From Minutocellus sp. GHC0000111 (taxonomy: Eukaryota), in the NCBI GenBank assembly GCA_977018835.1, contig OZ361260.1:1674001-1738000 (forward strand): a stretch of DNA of 64,000 nucleotides, written 5' to 3'. Below the pieces are notes generated by a model. That model was not told the DNA's origin and made no database searches. It was given only the letters and a program-made list of their open reading frames with translations. Position 1 is the first letter of the stretch, and the number at the start of each line of letters is the position of its first letter. Shown one piece after another: positions 57,172 through 64,000 of this stretch. Position numbers and translations under genes: made by a program.

Positions 57172-60100
57172 ATGGGAACCGACCCTGCCGCTCCCTCGTC
57201 GTCGTCTGCACCGCCGACGAACGGCCTGCGGGGCGGCCGGGCCGCGGCGGTGGCGGCGGGCGGCAGCGCGTGGGGCTCGCCGGACCCTCCAGCACCGGCG
57301 GCGCCCGCCAGTGCTGCTCCTGTTGCTGCTGCGACAGAAGGCTTTATGGATGGTGTTGGGCCATCCGCATCGTCGACGCCGGCAGCGACTCCTTCATCTG
57401 CGGTGAATGGCGGCAGCACGACCAAGATGGCATGGGGCAAGGCTGTGAACGGCACAGCGACCAGCAGTGCCTCCCCGCCGCCGCCGCCGGCCGTCGCTAC
57501 GGCCTCACCGGACACCATCGCACGGGCGGTCCATCTGGCCAGGGTAAGTTTGCTGCTATCCGTGTACGAAGAAGAGTTTGCGTCGGGTTGCGATATCAAT
57601 CATAATAATATCTAGCTTGTGGATTCGGTCCGAGCATATCGACACACACATGAAAATGGCACATCTCGATCGTTTCTTTTATTTTGTTGGAGCTTGCGAA
57701 TGCATTATTTGCATCGTCGTTTTTCATGTGCTATGCTGCGCAGCCTGGCCTGGGTTTTTTATTGTGGCACCCTCTGTCTACGTTTAGTTGTATTGCTAAA
57801 ACAAACTTCTCGACTCTGCATTCACATTCTCACCATAGGAGGACGACGCCGAAAAGCTCGAGGCCATCCGCACCAACAAGGCCGATGACTCCCTCTCCAA
57901 CACCTTTCATCACTACGTCATCCCCAAGCGATGGATGGCCCGCCTGCTGCGCTATCTCAACGACACCGATGGCAACTGCGACCGGCCGGAGAAAATTGTC
58001 AATCACGACTTGCTGGATGCCAAGCATCAGGAAAAGCAGGAGGAAAGGAAGAAGAGAGAGGAGGAAAGCCGAGAGGAACGCAAGGCTCGGTGGGCCGCCA
58101 AGGTGGCCGGTCCTGCTCCAGCGCCCGCTCCAGCCCCAAGTGCAAGCGCCGCTCCTTCTCGTATCCTCAAGCCGGAATCCTACTTTGGGATGGACTACAC
58201 CCTGGTCGGACCGGCCGTTTGGGACCTCCTCTCGACCAAATTCGGGTACGACGTTTCCATCCCCTGCCGTCTCGAGGTGGGCAAGAAGGCGTGGGGACGG
58301 CCAAGCACGCTGTCGGTGGTGGTGCCGATTGCCCTCGACGATGGCGATGATGGCTTCTATGGTGACGCGGCCGTGAAGGAGAACAGCAAGGTCGTCGACG
58401 GGGTGAAGCACGCGCTGATCGACGTGCCCGAGAGCGGCAAGTGGCGGTACGGGGGGATGGACGATCGTGTGACGAAGAAGGCGAGGGAGGAGGCCGAAGA
58501 GGAGGAGAAGGCATCTGCTCCCGCCACCCCCCACGGGGATGCCCAGATGGTACGTGCAGCGCGGCGGGAATATGCACCCTGTGCGTTTTCGCTTAGCCAT
58601 GTGATGTGTTTTCTAATCGCCCTTTTTGTCTTTCCTCTTTCCTTGCAGAGTGACGCCAACCCTGCGGATGAAATTCCCGACTCGGAAGCGACCATGGCCG
58701 ATAGCAATGCCATCATTCCTCTCGGACCATCGACGACGTCGTCGATCGCGGCGGCAGCAGCGGAAGCGGCACGGGAACGGTCCGGCGGCGGAAGTACGGT
58801 GGCCAATCCGATTCAAGTGGAAGATGAAACCACAAATGCTGGGACCAATGACGCGTCGATGGTAGATGCGACGGCGGAAGCCGCCGCGGTGTCGGCGACA
58901 GTCGTGGCGACGGCGACCAAGAAACGGCGGCATGCCACCGGGCTTGGCATTCTGGGCAACACCTGCTTCATGAACAGCACGCTACAGTGCCTAGCTCACA
59001 CGGCTCCCTTGCGACAGTACTTTGTGTATGGCAACTACCAGGCTGATCTGAATCGCGACAACCCATTGGGAACGGGGGGCAACCTGACCACAGAGTTTGC
59101 CAAGCTCCTCAAGGAGATGTGGGGCATCAGCGGCGGTGACAGTGCATCCTCGAATGGCAGTGCGTCGGGCGGTCTGTACAGTGGAATTGGAAGCACGTAC
59201 TTCTCCAGCTCATACAACAATTCCGCTGTCTATCCGCGGCAATTCAAGACGATCCTTGGCCAGTACGCGTCGCAATTTGTTGGATACGACCAACACGATT
59301 CCCACGAGCTCGCCGCCTACCTTCTCGATTCGCTCCACGAGGATACGAATCGTATCCTCAAAAAGCCCTATGTGGAGAAGCCGGAGAAGAAGGATGACGA
59401 GACCGATGATCAGGCGGCACTTCGGGCGTGGGAGGCACATCTCCAACGCGAAAACAGCCGGATTGTCGAGATTTTCTTTGGGCAGTTGAAAACCCGCGTT
59501 CAGTGCCCCCATGCGCAGTGCGGCAAGGTATCAACAACGTATGACCCGTGCATGTACCTTCCTGTTCCAATCCCTGGGGCTTCGGATCGTCCCATTGAGG
59601 TGACGTTCGTCCCACTTGATTCCAGCAAACGGAGGACGAAGCTGTCGGTCACTGTAAGTCGGACGGCCAATATTGAGGGTCTGAGGGCCAAGATTGTGGA
59701 GACAGTTAACAAGATCTATGCGGAAAATGGAGATTCCACTGCCGGCACGATCCACGACGACGACGTACGTCTAGCCGACATGTGGCACCACAAGGTCTGG
59801 TCTTGGTATGACGATCTCAACAAGTGCGTCGACGAAATCAAAGAGTCTGACACCACCTTTGCCTACGAATTGCGTCCCATTGCCGAGATCCACGAAGAGA
59901 CCGATGCGGTCACCGAGGCGGCCATGGAAGCCTCAGATGATGCCGATGTGGCGGATGCACAAGAGTTGCTGGCAGAAGCTTCTGCGAGGAAGGTCAAAGG
60001 GGACAAATGGCAGCGATACGATATTGATAGCGATGCAACCATCATGGAGAAGCTCAATGAGAAAGAGAATGCTTGGGTAGATATGCTTCTCAATTCGTAT

Positions 60101-62019
60101 GTCAAGAATAGTTTTACGTACCACCGGTGGTTTGGGGGCAGAGAAGAACCAGATCTTGACAAAGTTATGCCGTTCTACGAGCAAATGCTCAAGACTATCA
60201 AGAAGCTTGAACGATGTTCTGATAGCGTTGTCGCGGTCGGTCCTGGTACCAGCACCACACCGAGTGCCATGGACGAGGATCCTGTGGACCCAGCCGCTGA
60301 AAGCGAAATCAGGGAAATTTCCGATGCTGATTTTGACGACGCCCTGGAGCAAGACGACGACGAAATCAGCATCAACGAAGATGGGCAGCCTCTTGCTGAT
60401 AGACTCGATATGGACACATTATCGAAGTTTCAGAAAATTCACTCGGCGAAGGATTTTGCCATCTTCGTTCGTTGTGCGCAGAAGCTCCGAGAGTGGATCA
60501 TTGCTCAACAGAAGAAAGAAAAGGAGAAGGAACAGCAAGAAAAGGAAAAGAAGAAGGATGGGATCACCATCCAAGTTCGACTTGTTAAGAAGGGGACAGG
60601 CGTGTCCATGTCAGAAGATCCCTTCACCACACCCCTCCTTCTGCGGATATCGTCAGTTCTCACTGTCACTGGCCTTCGTGAGCTGCTTGCAGAGCAGTTA
60701 TCTCGGGGTCTCAAACTGGAAGTCCCTAGCAACGAGGAAGCTAAGGAGGACCGAGCGTCGGATGCGGTGATGACCGTCACTGATGACGACCCTCGAGCGA
60801 GTGGCTTATTGACAACTCCTACCGATGCCAAGAGCCCAAGCGCCGCCCCCCCCCCAGTGTTATCAAGGCGGAAGTAGGCGAGGAGAAGTCCTCGGACGGA
60901 AAGCCTTCCAAGACCACTCCGTTGGATATTTTACAACAGATCCCTCTCACTTACGGCAAGGCCTCGCGGTCTGGCTATTCCGCTACTTCTTCCAGTTCCT
61001 ACCGCAAGCTTGGGGCGCTGATGAGGCAGCAATCGGGCCACATTACTACCGAGGCCAACGTCTCAGCATTGCCTTCAGATCCCGACGAGAGCGAAAGCGT
61101 CGCAGATGTTGTCGGTGAGAAGGATATTGTTTACCTTCACTGGCCCGCCGGCCTTTGCCAGGAGTACTTCGACAAGGAAGAATGGGAAAAGGTCGACGAT
61201 ATGCCGGGTACTGGTAGTCCCAAGAAGAAGGCCGATGCCGTGACCCTCATGGATTGTATCGCCAAGCACTGCGAGAGGGAGCAGCTGGAAGAGTCCGAAG
61301 CATGGTACTGCAGTAGCTGCAAGGAGCATGTTCGGGGATTCAAGGAAGAACACATCTACAAGGCGCCTCCCATCCTCGTCGTCAATTTGAAGCGCTTCAT
61401 CTTCTCTCCCACCACCCACCGCCGGAACAAAATCGACACCTTTATCGACTTTCCGATCGAAGGCCTCGACCTATCGCAGTTTGTAATGAGCTGGAAGGAA
61501 GGAGAGGAGCCAATCTATGATTTGTATGCCGTGAGTAATCATTTCGGTGGCCTTGGGGGCGGTCACTACACTGCCTATGCCAAGGACGACGATGGAAAGT
61601 GGTGCAACTTTGACGACAGTCGAGTTACCGAAGATGTGAACGAGTCCGACATTGTATCACCAGCCGCTTACTGCTTGTACTACAAGCGCCGCGATATCCC
61701 CAATGTGGACGATTCGGTAGAGGTCGCTGTCGAAGCCGATGTCATCGCGACTGTCAAGGAGGATCCTGCTACAGGAATGGCGATCGCGGCTCCTTTTGAA
61801 CCCGCGGACGGCTTCATGAAGATCGACATGGACGCTGTTTCTATGGGCTCGAATCACACCGCGGCGTCTAATGAAGCCATGGCCTCGGTTGGATCACAAC
61901 CGCCGGCTCTATTAGAGGGTGACGATCCTCTCGACGATATTTTTGGCGATGGGGCATTCAACGGCGTTGACCAACAGGACACCGCTGATATGGACGCAGA
62001 GGCAAACGCATCACAGTAG
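57172..62019 (+). CDS. Ubiquitin carboxyl-terminal hydrolase (USP4/11/15-like); introns 57544-57838 and 58550-58648; frameshift in the C10 run at 60846-60855
   Basis: DUSP-like region, Cys box GLGILGNTCFMNSTLQCL, QHDSHE, WYCSSCKEH, His box YDLYAVSNHFGGLGGGHYTAY, FDDSRV. Confidence 0.92.
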
Positions 62020-62183
62020 CAGCCACTTTGGCCCCCTTCAGTAACTAAATAGATATAGCCAACTAGTCGTTGGTATGGTAAAGGTAACCTCGAAAATATC
62101 TATCCTAGATAGCTACGTAGCTAGTCAAAGCTAAGAAAAAAAAACGATTATCTTTACGGGTTGCTGTTAGCTTGAAGAGATCA

Positions 62184-64000
62184 TCACTTAAATGGATCGA
62201 ACTGAGCCAAATTGTTTAGATTCACATTTGGCTGGGCTTGCTGGGGCGGCGCGGCTCCCGGGTACTGCTGCATCTGCTGTGCAGATGGCTGCTGCTGTTG
62301 CTGTTGATACATTCCTGGATGTTGCTGTTGCTGTCCATAAGTTGTGGCTGGAGGATAAGCTGCCATAGAAGGTGGTCGCTGCTGCTGAGGTTGCTGAGTC
62401 TGAGAGACCTGGTAGCCAGTCATTGCTTGAGCAGACGGTGCCGCCTGTTGTTGCTGCGGCTGCTGCCCATAACCTTGCATAGGACGCTGTTGCGACTGTT
62501 TTTGGTACCCTTGCACTGCCGGCGCAGTCTGATACCCCCCTTGCTGCTGCATGGCCCCGGGATGAGCTGCCGACTGCGCATAATGTTGTGCAGGTTGATT
62601 ACTTGGTTGGGGAGACGCCATCGCGCGTACACCGGGCATTTGATGCTGCTGCTGCGGCCGATACTGCTGCTGCGTTGCGTGAGCTGGTTGTGCGATTATC
62701 GCCGGTATAGGAGCAGCCGGGGTTGGAGCTGGCACCGATCCCTGCATTTGCTGCATACTGGGCGAGGGAGCACCATGAGCCGGCGGCATGGCAGCAGGTG
62801 CAGGTACAGGCTGGGCAGCTGGCACCGGTGCCGACGGAGCCGGTGCAGCAGCAGAAGTTACTGCTGCAGCACTGAAAATGTCGGCAAGCTCATCGGTGCT
62901 CGTCTGCGGGGCGAAAGTATCGCGCCTGGACACCTGCTGCTGCTGCTGCTGTTGAGCGGGTGGCTGAGGAGCCGGAGCAGCGCCCATGGAGAGCAAGTCG
63001 GTAGCATAAGCGCTTGGAGCTGGGGCTGCTGCAGGTTGCGGCGCCATCTGACCGAGAGCGGCTTGTCCTTGTGATGGAGGAGGCGGGGCCGGTGCAACTC
63101 GAGCGCTGCCGGCGATAAAGCTTGGGCGGACAAGGTTGTGGATGTCGGCAAGTCTCATGTTCACGCGCAATCTTGCGTCCTTGGGAGGTGGCCTCGGCCG
63201 CGGAAGCTGACCTCGCCGACGCGAGTTAGCCGCTGCCCGTCTCTGTGTAAAGAGTTTGGCCCGGTCAACAATCATGTCATAGACATGACTAGCCATCTGT
63301 CGAATCTGTACCGAATTCTGTGCCCGAAGAGCAAAATCATACGATTTAAGGTCTCGAATCTTGTCGATGCCATCCTCAGCTTCGGTCACCACGGTGAGAG
63401 GGCCGTGGAGTAGCAGCTCACGAAGCAACTGCAGGGCAAAAAGGCCGTGCTTCCACTGCGTCGCTCGGCTATCGCGGATACGTTCCCAAATAACAGCCAT
63501 GACATCCACCAAGATGTAGCCGCACTCGTTGCACTCTGCACAAATTTCCGCCAGCGCTTGAGGGACCGCCGGTTCGTTGCGACTGTTGGATGTGAGTGTC
63601 ATGGCTTTACGCCGGATTGCCACGTCCCAATCAATTAGATACTGGCTAGGGTTCTCTGTCTGGGCCACTTGACGGACTACTCGTCGAACATTCAAATGAC
63701 TAAAGTCCATCCTCTGAACTCGGTGATAATTGGAAGCCAATAGGAACAGAGGAGCATCCTTCTTCACAGGCTGGCGCGCTCGAACCTCCTCCACGCGGGC
63801 GTTGGCAAACTGCTCAAAGATTTGTGTTTGAACAAAAGTTGACAGGAGCGGATACATGGGAGTTCCCTCGGCGTCACCAGCCCTGCGTCGTTCAGCAACG
63901 AATTTGTCCTTATCAAGCACAGGTGGCTGTCCCGGTCCCGGCTGCGTCAAGTACCAGCGCATATCACCCAAGATGCAAAGGAAGAAGGACGTGAAGGCAA
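62184..64000 (-). CDS. DENN-domain (C-terminal dDENN part) plus ENTH-like domain protein with Q/P-rich tail, 5'-partial
   Basis: LLSTFVQTQIFEQFA (dDENN-like). VMAVIWERI...QWKHGLFALQLLRELLLHG (ENTH-like). Terminal FDPF motif. Confidence 0.75.
   Translation of the reverse strand, partial: AFTSFFLCILGDMRWYLTQPGPGQPPVLDKDKFVAERRRAGDAEGTPMYPLLSTFVQTQIFEQFANARVEEVRARQPVKKDAPLFLLASNYHRVQRMDFSHLNVRRVVRQVAQTENPSQYLIDWDVAIRRKAMTLTSNSRNEPAVPQALAEICAECNECGYILVDVMAVIWERIRDSRATQWKHGLFALQLLRELLLHGPLTVVTEAEDGIDKIRDLKSYDFALRAQNSVQIRQMASHVYDMIVDRAKLFTQRRAAANSRRRGQLPRPRPPPKDARLRVNMRLADIHNLVRPSFIAGSARVAPAPPPPSQGQAALGQMAPQPAAAPAPSAYATDLLSMGAAPAPQPPAQQQQQQQVSRRDTFAPQTSTDELADIFSAAAVTSAAAPAPSAPVPAAQPVPAPAAMPPAHGAPSPSMQQMQGSVPAPTPAAPIPAIIAQPAHATQQQYRPQQQHQMPGVRAMASPQPSNQPAQHYAQSAAHPGAMQQQGGYQTAPAVQGYQKQSQQRPMQGYGQQPQQQQAAPSAQAMTGYQVSQTQQPQQQRPPSMAAYPPATTYGQQQQHPGMYQQQQQQPSAQQMQQYPGAAPPQQAQPNVNLNNLAQFDPFK

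Noticed and set aside
60846..60855. Programmed frameshifting in USP (also 55273-55276 and 45205-45210)
   Set aside because: All lie in homopolymers, so sequencing indels or null mutations are more parsimonious.

Overview
Eukaryotic nuclear DNA, very likely from a diatom. Evidence: GT-AG introns, bipartite ASAF-type plastid presequences, RedCAP, EFL and an expanded MYND/Sel1 family. About 27 genes or gene relics are recognisable. Housekeeping genes: RPS13, RPS4, PIP5K, YgfZ-like, RPN11, FARSB, LETM1, EFL, NAXE, PEX14-like, TIM21, USP and DENN-ENTH. There is also a run of four plastid-protein genes and two secreted proteins with RxL motifs. The unusual aspect is the amount of structural damage. 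An RTE retroelement fragment is fused into a pseudogenised NPF/POT transporter. A 407-bp inverted copy of the EFL promoter and 5' CDS lies 10 kb from EFL. Two divergent genes are fused head-to-head after both lost their 5' ends. An SGNH-like gene has an apparent internal deletion, a mitochondrial carrier is 3'-truncated, a RING-Sel1 gene is a pseudogene, and a 298-bp MITE has clear TIRs and a TSD. The long introns of RPS4 and EFL appear to fold into extended hairpins. Some frameshifts lie in homopolymers and may be sequencing errors. All calls come from reading the sequence and recalled family motifs; no database search was run, and no clearly new biological system could be established.
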